The notes beneath the pieces were generated by a model. The model saw only the letters and a list, made by a program, of their open reading frames with translations. It was not told where the DNA came from and searched no databases. From positions 50,055 through 114,054 of the forward strand of contig CAVREO010000015.1 of NCBI GenBank assembly GCA_963720145.1: a stretch of DNA of 64,000 bases. The letters run 5' to 3'. A program made the position numbers and the translations under genes. This DNA comes from an uncultured delta proteobacterium. GTDB taxonomy: Bacteria > Myxococcota_A > Polyangia > Polyangiales > Polyangiaceae. Below are positions 9,870-19,297 of this stretch, piece by piece. Each line of letters begins with the position of its first letter. The first letter of the stretch is position 1.

Positions 9870-11221
9870 CCGCGTGGTCCGCCTCGCGGTCTGCTTCGCG
9901 GTGTCTCTCGCCTGCGCCTGCGCTGGACTGGTCTGCTGCGCGGACGGCGAGCGCCGGCGGGGCCATCGACGTCGTCGCCCAGGAGGCGGCGCTGTCGCTC
10001 GGGCAGGCGCCCCCCTCGAGTCTCGTCGTCGCGGCGCCTCTCGTGACCGATCAGCTCCTCGCGCGGCCCGACGAGCTCGCGCTGCGCATCGCCGCTCTGG
10101 TCGCGGGCCGGGTCGGCGGCGGTGCGCACGCGCTCCCCCAAGTGGCTCCGCTCGCGGCGGCGCGCGCCGTCGCCGGTCGCGCCAGCGCCCTCGTCTACGT
10201 CGAGGCGCAGATCGCGCGCGGAGACCTGCGCGCGACCATCGACGTGTATCCGTCGACCCGGAACGCCTGGGATCGCATCCGCAACCCGCTCCCCTCGCCC
10301 ATCGCGCATGCGTTCGCGAGCGCCAAGATCGACGCCGAGGTGCGGGCGCTCCTGGCACCGCTGCTGCTCGAGCAGGCGAGCGTCCACCGCGCGCACCAGG
10401 ACGAGGGCGAGGTGCTGGCGACCGCGTGCGGGGACGTCGACGGCGACGGCGGCAACGAGCTCGTTCTCGTGTCCCGCTCGCGCGTAGCCATGGGCCGCGT
10501 GCGCGGCGACCGATTCGTCGCCGAGCGGACCGCCGCGTGGAGCACGCTGGCCCCGCGGCTGCCCGTGCCCATGCGCGAGCCGCTGGCGGCAGCCGCCGTG
10601 CAGGTCGGCTCGCTCGACATCGGCTCCACCGATCGCGGATCGTTCGCGTTGACTCCCGACTTCGTCGGCCACGTTCCGCTGAGCGGCTTGCCGGCGTGGG
10701 GCAGCGAAGGCCTCGTGTGCCTGCGGCCCGAGCCCTCCGCCGGCGCGTTCGACGGTGCGCCCATCGACTGCACGCTCTCTCGCGACCCCCGGCCTCGCAT
10801 GGCGGTCCCCTCGCCGCGCTTCGACGCGTTCGCCGCCGCCAGCTTTGCGGATCGCGACGGCAAGATGCACGTGGCGGTCGCGGTACGCGAGCCGAGCGGC
10901 AAGCTCAAGCTGCGCGTCGACGACTCGACCGTGCAGTCTCCCGAGGGGAGCTTCGGCGCGCAGCTCGCGTTGGCCGACCTCGACCAGGACGGAGTGCCCG
11001 AGCTCGCGACGACCCTCGACGGCCCCGACGACGCCTTGGTCGTCTCGTCGTGGACGGGCGCCGAGCTGCGCCCGCGGCTACGCGTCGCTGCGCCCGGCGG
11101 GGTGCGCGCCCTCGCCGTCTGCCCGCCCGAGCAAGACGGCGAGCCCGCGCTCGTGGCCGTCGTCGGCGACGAAGTGTGGATCGTGCGCGCGCCCAGCACC
11201 CCGAGCGGGCCGGTTCCGTAG
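9844..11221 (+). pseudogene. Hypothetical FG-GAP/VCBS-like repeat lipoprotein; the signal peptide and the body are in different frames (break near 9950)
   Basis: ATG 9844 gives MRPQATYSNRVVRLAVCFAVSLACAC.., a lipoprotein-type signal that overlaps the PBP stop. That frame then turns into Arg-rich junk. The high-GC3 body (GGAIDVVAQEAALSLG...GDVDGDGGNELVLVS...ADLDQDGVPELATT..) lies in the +1 frame, which has no canonical start before about 10040. Confidence 0.5.
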
Positions 11222-11225
11222 ATCG

Positions 11226-12566
11226 ATCACGCGGCGCGCCTTCCTGAGCGGCGCGACCGCGCTCGCGCTCGGTTCGTCGTCGTCGTCGCGCACGGCCATG
11301 GCGGGCGCCCGCGTGCCGTACGGGGGGCGTCTGCTTCTTCACGTGCCGTGGTCCCTCTCGTCCATCGACCCGCACCGCATCGACGACGCGACCGCCGCCC
11401 TCTTCGGCGAAGCGCTCTTCGACACGCTGTACGGCATGGACGAAGCGGGAGCCCTCGTTCCGGTCCTCGCCGAAGACGACCCGCGCGCCGAAGGCGGGAG
11501 CCTGCGCGTCCCCGTGCGCGCGGGGGTGCGCTTCGCGTCCGGGGCGCCCCTCGATGCGCGCGCCGCGGCGGCTTCCCTCGCTCGCGCGCGCGCTCGCGAC
11601 GCCTCGGCGTGGCTCGCCGACATCCCCGTGCCGCGCGTCGACGGCAACACGCTCGTCTTCGCCACACGCGACGCCCACAAGCTCGTGGGCGCGCTCGCGG
11701 CGCCGATCGTCGCGGTCGTGCCGCCTCGCTTCTCGCCGGAGCGTCCCGACGGCACCGGCCCGTTTCGCGCCGAGATACAGCCGGGCTCCGTGGTGCTCGG
11801 GCGCAACACGCTCTCGGCGCTCGGCCCCTCTCTGCTCGACGCCATCGAGGCCCGCCACGCGCCAGACCTGGTGACCTCGCTTCGCGCCTTCGAGAGCGGG
11901 GCCGACGACATCGGCTGGCTCGGAGCCTTTCTGCACGAGCCGCGCTCCGGCGCGAAGAGCTTCGACGGCGGCTTCGTCGCCTGGGCCGTGCTGCGCACCG
12001 GACGGGACGCGGGGGCGCTCGACGCACCGGGCACCGCGCAGGCGCTCGCCGACGGCGTGCCCCACGCGGCGCTCGCGTCTCTCGTCGTCGGACCGCCGTG
12101 GGCAGGCGCAGCGGCCGGGCCGGTTCCGTGGACGGGCTCCCCGTGCGAGCTCCTCGTGCGCGACGATTCCCCCTGGCTGCTCGAGCTCGCCCGCTCGCTC
12201 GCCGTCGCGCTCTCCACCCCGAGCCACGAAGTCGTCCAGCGCACCCTCGCGCCCGCCGACATCGCCACCCGCCGATCGACGCGCGCCTTCACGCTGATGC
12301 TCGACGTCGCCCGCCCCGCAGGCCCCGGATCGATGGGAGCGCTCCTCGGCCTCGCGACCGCCGACGACCCGGCTGCGGCGACCGCCCTCGCGCGCCACCC
12401 CCCGCGCGGCGACATGCCCCCGCGAGTCGCGGGGCGCACGATGCGCCTCGGGGTCGTCGCGGAGATCCGGCTGCAAGGCGGGCTGGCGCCCGGGGTCGTC
12501 CTGCCGCTCTCGACCTGGGGACGCGGTGTGGACTGGGGTGGCGCCGCGCGAAGGAGGTCGGCCTGA
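11226..12566 (+). CDS. Solute-binding protein (family-5 peptide/nickel SBP-like) with a twin-arginine signal; start codon unresolved
   Basis: A Tat motif ITRRAFLSGATALALG is followed by an SBP-like body (..LLLHVPWSLSSIDPHRIDD..LYGMDE..). There is no ATG/GTG/TTG between the upstream stop (11221) and the RR motif. The first ATG is at 11298, after the signal. Confidence 0.6.
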   Translation: MTRRAFLSGATALALGSSSSSRTAMAGARVPYGGRLLLHVPWSLSSIDPHRIDDATAALFGEALFDTLYGMDEAGALVPVLAEDDPRAEGGSLRVPVRAGVRFASGAPLDARAAAASLARARARDASAWLADIPVPRVDGNTLVFATRDAHKLVGALAAPIVAVVPPRFSPERPDGTGPFRAEIQPGSVVLGRNTLSALGPSLLDAIEARHAPDLVTSLRAFESGADDIGWLGAFLHEPRSGAKSFDGGFVAWAVLRTGRDAGALDAPGTAQALADGVPHAALASLVVGPPWAGAAAGPVPWTGSPCELLVRDDSPWLLELARSLAVALSTPSHEVVQRTLAPADIATRRSTRAFTLMLDVARPAGPGSMGALLGLATADDPAAATALARHPPRGDMPPRVAGRTMRLGVVAEIRLQGGLAPGVVLPLSTWGRGVDWGGAARRRSA

Positions 12567-12567
12567 C

Positions 12568-14227
12568 ATGCGGCTGGCGTTCCGCCTCGGAATCGCGTTC
12601 GCGCTGGTGGCTTCGCTCTCGGTGGCCGTCTTCGGGTACGTCGTGCGCGAAGACCGGCGCGAGAGCGAGACCAGGCGCTTCGAGCAAGAGGTGCGCAGCG
12701 CCTGCGACCGCGTCGTCGCGGAGATCGAGCGCCAGGGCGAGAGCGATCGCAAGCTCATCGCCGGGGCATGCCAATCGGGCGAGCTCGTCGATCGCGCCGA
12801 CATCTGGATGGCCTCCGGCACGCTCGACGACACGCGGCGGCTCTCGCTGTCGCGCATCGTCCCCGACGAGAGACAAGCATTCGACGTCGACGAGCTCTTG
12901 CTCGCGACCGGCGACGGTGACCTGCTCGGTCAGGACCCGATGACCCTCATCCGGACGCCCCGCGCCGAGGTGGCCCGCCTCGTGTCGGGCGATCCTGCCC
13001 ACGTCGCGCTGCGCGCGGCGCCGGAGCCGGCGCTCGTCACGCGTTGCCGAAAGTCGACGACCGCCGGGCGCGCCGTGGGCCTCGTCGCCGCGCGCCACCT
13101 CGCGCCGCTCATCGAGCGCCTGGGCAACACGGTCGACGCGCGCGTCACGCTGGGCACGCCCGCGGTCGCCCCGGGCGACGTGGCGCAGGCTGCGTGCGCG
13201 CTGAGCGACGGCGCCGGCGCGCGCATTCCCATCGTCGCCACCAAGCCCAAGCGCGAGCTCGTCGAGAACCTCGCGCGCATCGACACGACCATCCTCTACA
13301 CGGGGCTGGCCTTCACCGGCGCCGCGCTCGTCGTCGCCGTGCTGCTGGCGCGCAGCCTGGGCCGGCCCATCGCGGAGCTCGCGGCCGAGGCGCGCAAGGT
13401 CGCGAGCGGCGAGGCGCGCCCCCTTCCCGTGCGCGGCGGAGGCGAGATCGCCGAGCTGGCGCAGGCGTTCGACAAGATGCTCGAAGATCTGGACGCCACA
13501 CGGCGCAGGCTCGCGGCCACCAGCCGCGTCGCGGCGTGGCGCGAGGTCGCGCGCCGCGTCGCGCACGAAGTGAAGAACCCGCTCGCGCCGATCCGCGCCG
13601 CCGTGGAGACCCTGCGTCGCCTGCGCGCGCGCAGCGATCCGGAGTTCGACGCGTATTTCGACGAGGCCACGCGCACGGTGCTCGACGAGGTGCACCGCAT
13701 CGCGAACATCGTGACCGAGTTCACGCGCTTCGCGCGCTTGCCCGCGCCCCATCCGCACGAGGTGGACGTCGTCGAGCTCGCGCGGCACGTGGTGACGCTG
13801 CACAAGCCGGCGGCGAAGGCGACCATGGACGTGACCGTGGCCGGGGTTCCTCCGCTCGTCCTGGCCGACCGCGATCAAATCGTGCAGGTGCTCACGAACC
13901 TCGTGCAAAACGCGCTCGACGCCGTGAAGAGCCTGGACGCGCTGGGCCAGGTGCACGTCGCGATCGGCACCGAAGGCCCCGACGGCGTCACCGTCACCGT
14001 GTCCGACAACGGCCCGGGCATCGCGCCCGAGATCGCCGCGCGCCTCTTCGAGCCGTACGCCACGACCAAGGAGCAAGGGACCGGCCTCGGGCCTGGCGAT
14101 CGCCCAGCGCATCGCCATCGAGCACAACGGAGAGCTCTCGTGCATCGCCCCGACGGTCGGCGCGGGAGCCGCCTTCCGGCTGGTCTTGCCGGTCAGCGGA
14201 CCGCCGCCCGGCGAGGGCTCCAGCTAA
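12568..14227 (+). pseudogene. Membrane HAMP-HisKA-HATPase sensor histidine kinase, frame broken by an extra nucleotide at about 14092
   Basis: The RBS AAGGAGG lies 10 nt before ATG 12568. The HAMP region is LGRPIAELAAEARKV..FDKMLEDL, the H-box is AHEVKNPLAPI, the N-box is LVQNALDA and the G1 motif is DNGPGI. After TKEQGTGLG the expected LAIAQRIAIEHNGELSCIAPTVGAGAAFRLVLPV..* is found only in the +1 frame, with stop taa at 14225-14227. Confidence 0.85.
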
Positions 14228-14237
14228 CGGGTGACGG

Positions 14238-14704
14238 TCACTTCTTCGCCGGGTTCTTTTGCCATTCGGCGGCCGCTTTTTCCTGCGCGCGCTTCATTTC
14301 GTCGAGCGACATGTCCTTCGTGTGCGCGGCGAGCGTCCACCGGTTGCCCCAGCGGTCGACCACCTGACCCATGCGGTCCCCCCAGAACATGTCCGCGGGC
14401 GGCATCTTGGGCTGCGCGCCGGCGTCTACCGCTCGCTTGAAGGCCGCGTCCACGTTCTCCGCATGAATCCACAGGCTCCCGTTCGTAGGGCCCGACCCCA
14501 TTTCGGGGAACGTGTCGTTCAGGAAGACCGCCGAGTCTCCGATGCGGATCTGCGCGTGCCAATCTTCTTGCCGCTCGGGTCGGCAGCCCGATGCACTTCG
14601 ACCGCGCCGAACGCCTTCTTGTAGAACTCGATGGCCTCCGCGCAACCGTCCATCGACAGCTGGGGCGTCACGCTGCGCAGCCCTTCGGGGATTGCTTGGA
14701 CCAT
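14238..14704 (-). pseudogene. VOC/glyoxalase-fold (PhnB-like) protein, frame broken by a missing nucleotide near 14562
   Basis: The N-terminal piece MVQAIPEGLRSVTPQLSMDGCAEAIEFYKKAFGAVEVHRAADPSGKKI (ATG 14704, RBS GAGGAGA) joins WHAQIRIGDSAVFLNDTFPEMG..GDRMGQVVDRWGNRWTLAAH.. only after a 1-nt shift at aagat|tgg. Confidence 0.8.
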
Positions 14705-14773
14705 GGGCACTCTCCTCGTTGGCGGGGGTCGGTGGCCCCGCGGCGAGCACCATTGCCCTGCTTCGCCGCGCCG

Positions 14774-15920
14774 TCAACCAATCGTCGCGGCGGGAGCGAG
14801 TGCCGGCGTGGCCCGTATCGCGTGCTGGGTCCCGGGGACCGAACCGAACAGGAGCGTCGCGCCCCGCGGATCGCGCGCCGCGACGTCCGCGACGGCCGCG
14901 CGCATCGCGTCGTCCACGCGCCGGCGCTCGTCGGCCGACAACCGCGGCGACGCCCAGGCGTGCACGGCCCACGCGAGCTCTGCGTGGCGGCACTCGTCGC
15001 GGGCGATCGACTGCATCGCCCGGCTCGGGCCGAATCTCGCGTCGTCTGCGCCTCGACGAAGCCGAGGAGCGCTCCGTAGGTCTCGCGCACGCACCCCTCG
15101 ACCGCGTTCTCGAGCGCCACTTCGAAGAGCGATCGCGCCGGCGAAGGCTGCGGCGCCTCCGGCAATCGCGCGCGAGCTCCCCGGGTCTTCGCGAGGCGCG
15201 CGGTCATCGCCGTGTGCCGCACCTCGTCGCGTCGCGCGCGCCGCGCGTTGCGAAGGAATCGGCGGCGGCGCACCGTGCGTCAGGAGCTCCCGCTCGAGCC
15301 GCGCGAACGCGTGCACGCTCACCGCCTCGAGATACGACATCGCCGCGAACCGTTCGCCGCCGGTGCGCTCGTCGTCACGTTCCGGAGCCGCGTAGCCGGC
15401 GGTGAGCCGGCCCCCGATGCACACTGCCCGCAGGTGACGGTCATCGAGGGCGGAGCTGCTCGGACACTGAAGAACGGAGATCGCCGCCGTCGGACCCGAC
15501 GGTCCCGGCGTCCGGGTTGAGCGCCTGCACCTGCATGACGAACGAAGCGGGCAGCTGGCACGTGTACCCGCCCGCGCCGCACGCGGCCGCGCACGCGGGC
15601 GACAGCAACGCGGACACGGGGTTCATCAGAGCGCCCTCTGCCAGAATCGTGCACGCTTGCGCGGACAATATCTCGGCTGAGGTAGGCGGGGCGCATCCGC
15701 CGATGCCGCTGCTGCTGCCGGACGACGCGCCGCTCGACGAGGTGCCACCGGAGCTCGAGCCGCTGCTCGAACCGCTCGAGCTACCGGACGACGAGCCTCC
15801 GTCGTCCCCGGGTGGGCTCCCGGTCACCGCGCCGCCGCATCCCGTACCCGCGCCTGACCCTGCGCCTGCCGCCAGAATCGCGGCAATCTGCGCGAGCTTC
15901 GATGAGAATCGCATCGGCAT
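14774..15920 (-). pseudogene. Ferritin-like-domain lipoprotein, tandem paralog 1, with at least three frame breaks (about 15475, 15260 and 15035)
   Basis: The N-terminus MPMRFSSKLAQIAAILAAG.. is followed by an SG-rich linker and a Cys-rich module in ORF 15441..15920. Matches to the intact neighbour then jump between frames. LQCP..RLTAGYAAPERDDER..SYLEAVSVHAF lies in one frame. RRARRDEVRHTAMTARLAKTRG..FEVALENAVEGCVRETYGAL lies in a second frame. RAMQSIARDECRHAELAWAVHAW returns to the first frame. Confidence 0.75.
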
Positions 15921-15926
15921 TCCTCC

Positions 15927-17156
15927 TCAGTTGACCGCCGTGGGCCCCGACGCGAAGAGAAGCGCTGCGCCCCGCGCGTCGCGCACCGCGATCTCCGCGA
16001 CGGCCTCGCGCATCGCGTTCTCCACGCGCTGACGCTCGTCGACCGACAAGCGGGGCGCCACCCACGCATGCACCGCCCACGCGAGCTCCGCGTGGCGGCA
16101 CTCGTCGCCCGCAATCGACCGCATCGCGCGACCGAGCAATCCGTCGCGCGCCGTCTGCGCCTCGACCAGGCCGGCGAGCGCGCCGTACGTCTCGCGCACG
16201 CACCCCTCGACCGCGTTCTCGAGCGCCACTTCGAAGAGCAATCGCGCCGGCGCCGACCGGGGAGCCTCGGGCATTCGCGGACAGGCTCCGCGCGTCTTCG
16301 CGAGGCGCGCGGTCATCGCCGTGTGCCGCACTTCGTCACGCCGGGCACGCCGTGCGTCGCGAAGCAGCGTCGGGGGCGCGCCGTGCACCTGGAGCTCTCG
16401 CGCCAGCCGCTCGAACGCGTGCACGCTCACCGCCTCGAGGTATGACATCGCCGCGAAGCGTTCGCCTTCGCTGCGCTCGTCGTCCTGCTCGGGAGCCGCG
16501 TAACCGGCGGTGAGCCTGCCCGTGCACCCCTGGAGGCACGTGACCGCCACCTTGGCCGGATCGGTCGGACACTGAAGAACGCGCGCGCCGCCATCGGGCC
16601 CGACGGTTCCGGCGTCCGGGTTGAGCGCCTCCAGCTGCATCACGAACGAGGGATCCAGCTGGCAGACGGCCCCGTTGCCGCAGAGCTGGGCGCAGGTCGG
16701 CGAAGTCCAGCTGGGTACGGCATAATTCAAGCTCTGCTGCGATTCTTCCTCGATCGCGCACGCTTGCGCGATGGGCACCGGCGGGACGCTGGGCGCGCAC
16801 CCGCAGGGGCCGCATCCGCCGCTGGAAGACGTGCTGCTGCCGCCCGAGGAGCTGCCGCTCGACGAGCCGCTGCTGGAGGATGCGCCGCTGCTGCCCCCGG
16901 ACGACCCGCCGCTCGACGACGACGACGCGCCGCTGCTGCCTCCCGACGACCCGCCGCTCGACGACGACGACGCGCCGCTGCTGCCCCCGGACGACCCGCC
17001 GCTCGACGATGTGCCACCGGAGCTCGACCCGCTGGAGCTACCCGAGGAGGAGCCTCCGTCGTTTTCGGGGGAAGTCCCGGTGACCGCGCCGCCGCATCCT
17101 CCCGCCGCCAGGAGCGCGGCAACCTGCACGAGCCTCGATGAAATTCGCATGGGCAT
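15927..17156 (-). CDS. Ferritin-like (di-iron carboxylate, ExxH x2) domain lipoprotein with SG-rich linker and Cys-rich module, tandem paralog 2 (intact)
   Basis: The start MPMRISSRLVQVAALLAAGGCGG is a lipobox. It is followed by about 100 aa of Ser/Gly linker and a Cys-rich segment. The ferritin-like region reads EAVSVHAFERL..RDEVRHTAM..ENAVEGCVRETYGAL..GDECRHAELAW. Confidence 0.8.
   Translation of the reverse strand: MPMRISSRLVQVAALLAAGGCGGAVTGTSPENDGGSSSGSSSGSSSGGTSSSGGSSGGSSGASSSSSGGSSGGSSGASSSSSGGSSGGSSGASSSSGSSSGSSSGGSSTSSSGGCGPCGCAPSVPPVPIAQACAIEEESQQSLNYAVPSWTSPTCAQLCGNGAVCQLDPSFVMQLEALNPDAGTVGPDGGARVLQCPTDPAKVAVTCLQGCTGRLTAGYAAPEQDDERSEGERFAAMSYLEAVSVHAFERLARELQVHGAPPTLLRDARRARRDEVRHTAMTARLAKTRGACPRMPEAPRSAPARLLFEVALENAVEGCVRETYGALAGLVEAQTARDGLLGRAMRSIAGDECRHAELAWAVHAWVAPRLSVDERQRVENAMREAVAEIAVRDARGAALLFASGPTAVN
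16882..17009. repeat. 45-bp in-frame tandem repeat, about 2.8 copies, encoding (GGSSGGSSGASSSSS)n in the linker of 15927..17156
   Basis: Units 16882-16926, 16927-16971 and 16972-17009 differ by 1-2 nt (read directly). Confidence 0.8.
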
Positions 17157-17363
17157 GGGACCTCTGCAATTGGCGTGCACCGCCCGTTTCCGCGCTGGGC
17201 GCGCGGAGATCGCGCGCTCGCGAGCCGGGAGCCGGGTGTGCCATCTCGGTCCATCGGGGCCGACCCCCTGTCGCGCGGATCACGGCCAGGAGAAGGTGCC
17301 TTCGCCCGATCCCACGCAACTCGCGCGCACGCGTAGCCGATGAGGACGCAAGGAGAAACCGCC

Positions 17364-18296
17364 GTGGATGGTCTCGCTCGCCAAATCCTGTACCCTGCGG
17401 CCGCTTGGACGGGGGAACCGATGAAGCGACGCCTGGAAGACACCGACCCCCTCGGCTTGCGCCCCGGCAGCGACCTGGCCGGCGCCGGCCTGCCGAACGT
17501 TGAGGGCGACATCACCGAGCCCGACCCGCGCATGCCGCTGCGCGCCCCCACCGACGACGCGCAGCTACGGTCGCTGCTCGACGGCCTGAGCGCGAGCCGG
17601 GCGCCCGCTCCCGTGGAGACCGCGACGACCGACGGCGACCTCGCGGCGAAGTACGCCGCCGGCCCCGGCTCGCCCGCCCCTCGCTACCCGACCCCCGCGC
17701 CGCAGGCATCGGTCATCGTCGGCGAGGCGACGGGCAGAGCCCGCGAGATCCCGACGGCGCCGGAGCACCCGGAGCATGTTGCAGCCAGCCGCAACGTTCA
17801 CGGCGCCGTCACGATGCGCATCGATCGCCCCGTCGTCCCGCCCGAGGGCGACGCGCAACGTTCGGGGGTGCGCCGCGGGCTGCTCATCGGCGTCCCCACG
17901 GGCTTCGCGTTGGGCACTCTCGTCGCGGCCGCCGTCGCGCTGCTGGTGTCGCGCGCGGGCGGCACCAACGGCCACGGTGTGATGGCGGAGCACACGCCGG
18001 AGGACCGACCGGGGAACGTTGCGATGGCGGCAGAGCCGCAGCCTGCAAACACGCCGTTCGCGATGCCCGCTGCGGCGGTCGCGAGCGCGACGCCCGTCGA
18101 CTCGGTCGCGCCCGTCCCGCCCGTCGTGAGCGCGGCCACCGCCGCCACGCCGGCGTCCGCCCGCGCCTCGACCGGGGCCGGCGATTCTCCCGCGGCGAGC
18201 AAGCGCGTCCCTCGAGGCGCGCCCGCCCAATCCGCGTCCGGCAAACCCGCGCCGCGGACGACGGCGCAAAAGAACACGATGGTGAACGAACTATGA
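17364..18296 (+). CDS. Pro/Ala-rich single-pass membrane protein (hypothetical)
   Basis: The ORF is open from 17340. The best start is GTG 17364, 7 nt after AAGGAGA. The central TM segment is GLLIGVPTGFALGTLVAAAVALLV. The stop overlaps the next gene's ATG (ATGA at 18293-18296). Confidence 0.55.
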   Translation: MDGLARQILYPAAAWTGEPMKRRLEDTDPLGLRPGSDLAGAGLPNVEGDITEPDPRMPLRAPTDDAQLRSLLDGLSASRAPAPVETATTDGDLAAKYAAGPGSPAPRYPTPAPQASVIVGEATGRAREIPTAPEHPEHVAASRNVHGAVTMRIDRPVVPPEGDAQRSGVRRGLLIGVPTGFALGTLVAAAVALLVSRAGGTNGHGVMAEHTPEDRPGNVAMAAEPQPANTPFAMPAAAVASATPVDSVAPVPPVVSAATAATPASARASTGAGDSPAASKRVPRGAPAQSASGKPAPRTTAQKNTMVNEL

Positions 18297-19294
18297 AGTG
18301 CGCCCGCCGGTTGCTGCTGCTCCCCCTTTCCCTCGGCTTGCTGGTCGCGTCGACGCGCGAGGCGCGCGCCGCGGATCCCGACGCCGCGGCCGTCGAACAG
18401 GCCAAGCGCCTCCTGCGCGAAGCGAAGGACGACTACACCGCCGGCCGCTACGAGCAGTCGCGCGCCAAGCTCGGCGAGGCCTGCTCGCTCGCGCACACGG
18501 GCAACTGCGTGCACAACCTCGCGATGGCCGAGCTCAAGTCCGGCCGCCCGCTGGAGGCCTACAAACACTTCCGCGAGGCGTTCTCCATGCCTTCGGCTTC
18601 GTGGATGCAAAACGGAGACGCCGTGTCCGACGCGCGCAAGATGATGGCCGAAGCGTACGCCGCCGTCGGCCACGTCGGCATCCGCGCGCCCGGGGGCGCG
18701 AGCGTGACCGTGGACGGGCAGCCCGTCGACGCCTCCGGCGAACCCGTCGATGTGCAACCCGGGAGCCACGTCGTCGAGGCGCGGCTCGGGGCGCAGGTCG
18801 GCCGCGTGCAGGTCGAGGCGAGGGCGGGGTCGGTGGATAAGGTCACGCTGCATTTCGAGGGGCAGCCGGCGAGCGCGGGCGCGAGCGCGGGCGCGAGCGC
18901 GGGCGCGAGCGCGGGCACGACGCACGACGCGACGGGACCGATCGCGGCGCCCGCGAGCGCGGCGCTGCCCGACGATCGAACCGGGGCCGCGGCGGGCGGC
19001 GAGAGGCGATCGTGGTGGACGACGCGCCGCTGGATCGGCGTCGCGGTCCTCGGCGTCGGCGCGGCGTCGTTCGCCCTCGACGGCGTCTTCTACAAGCAAG
19101 CGCAGGACGACGCGAGCGACCACCCCACCCACAACACGTACGCCGCCGGCACCGTCGCCACCGTCATCGTCGGCGGCCTCGGCGTCGCCGCTGGCGCGCT
19201 GCTCGTCTTGTGGCCCGACTCGCCGTCCAAGACGGCCCTCGTGCCGCTCGTATCGCCCGCCGTGAGCGGGCTTCTTCTACAGCGGGAGTTTTAG
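18293..19294 (+). CDS. Secreted TPR-like / PEGA-domain protein with a C-terminal membrane anchor (hypothetical)
   Basis: The signal peptide is MKCARRLLLLPLSLGLLVASTREARA. A helical N-domain is followed by the PEGA-like segment GHVGIRAPGGASVTVDGQPV..VQPGSHVVEARL, then a (SAGA)n spacer and a C-terminal TM helix. Confidence 0.7.
   Translation: MKCARRLLLLPLSLGLLVASTREARAADPDAAAVEQAKRLLREAKDDYTAGRYEQSRAKLGEACSLAHTGNCVHNLAMAELKSGRPLEAYKHFREAFSMPSASWMQNGDAVSDARKMMAEAYAAVGHVGIRAPGGASVTVDGQPVDASGEPVDVQPGSHVVEARLGAQVGRVQVEARAGSVDKVTLHFEGQPASAGASAGASAGASAGTTHDATGPIAAPASAALPDDRTGAAAGGERRSWWTTRRWIGVAVLGVGAASFALDGVFYKQAQDDASDHPTHNTYAAGTVATVIVGGLGVAAGALLVLWPDSPSKTALVPLVSPAVSGLLLQREF
18869..18916. repeat. 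12-bp tandem repeat (gcgagcgcgggc) x4 encoding (ASAG)4
   Basis: Read directly. Confidence 0.8.
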
Positions 19295-19297
19295 ACC

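Noticed and set aside
7328-11221. A 1297-aa ORF spanning the PBP gene and the following gene on the plus strand
   Set aside because: The first about 850 residues are Arg/Ala/Gly-rich out-of-frame translation of the PBP1A gene. Only the last about 420 residues (from about 9950) look like real protein. Long stop-free shadow frames are expected at this GC content.
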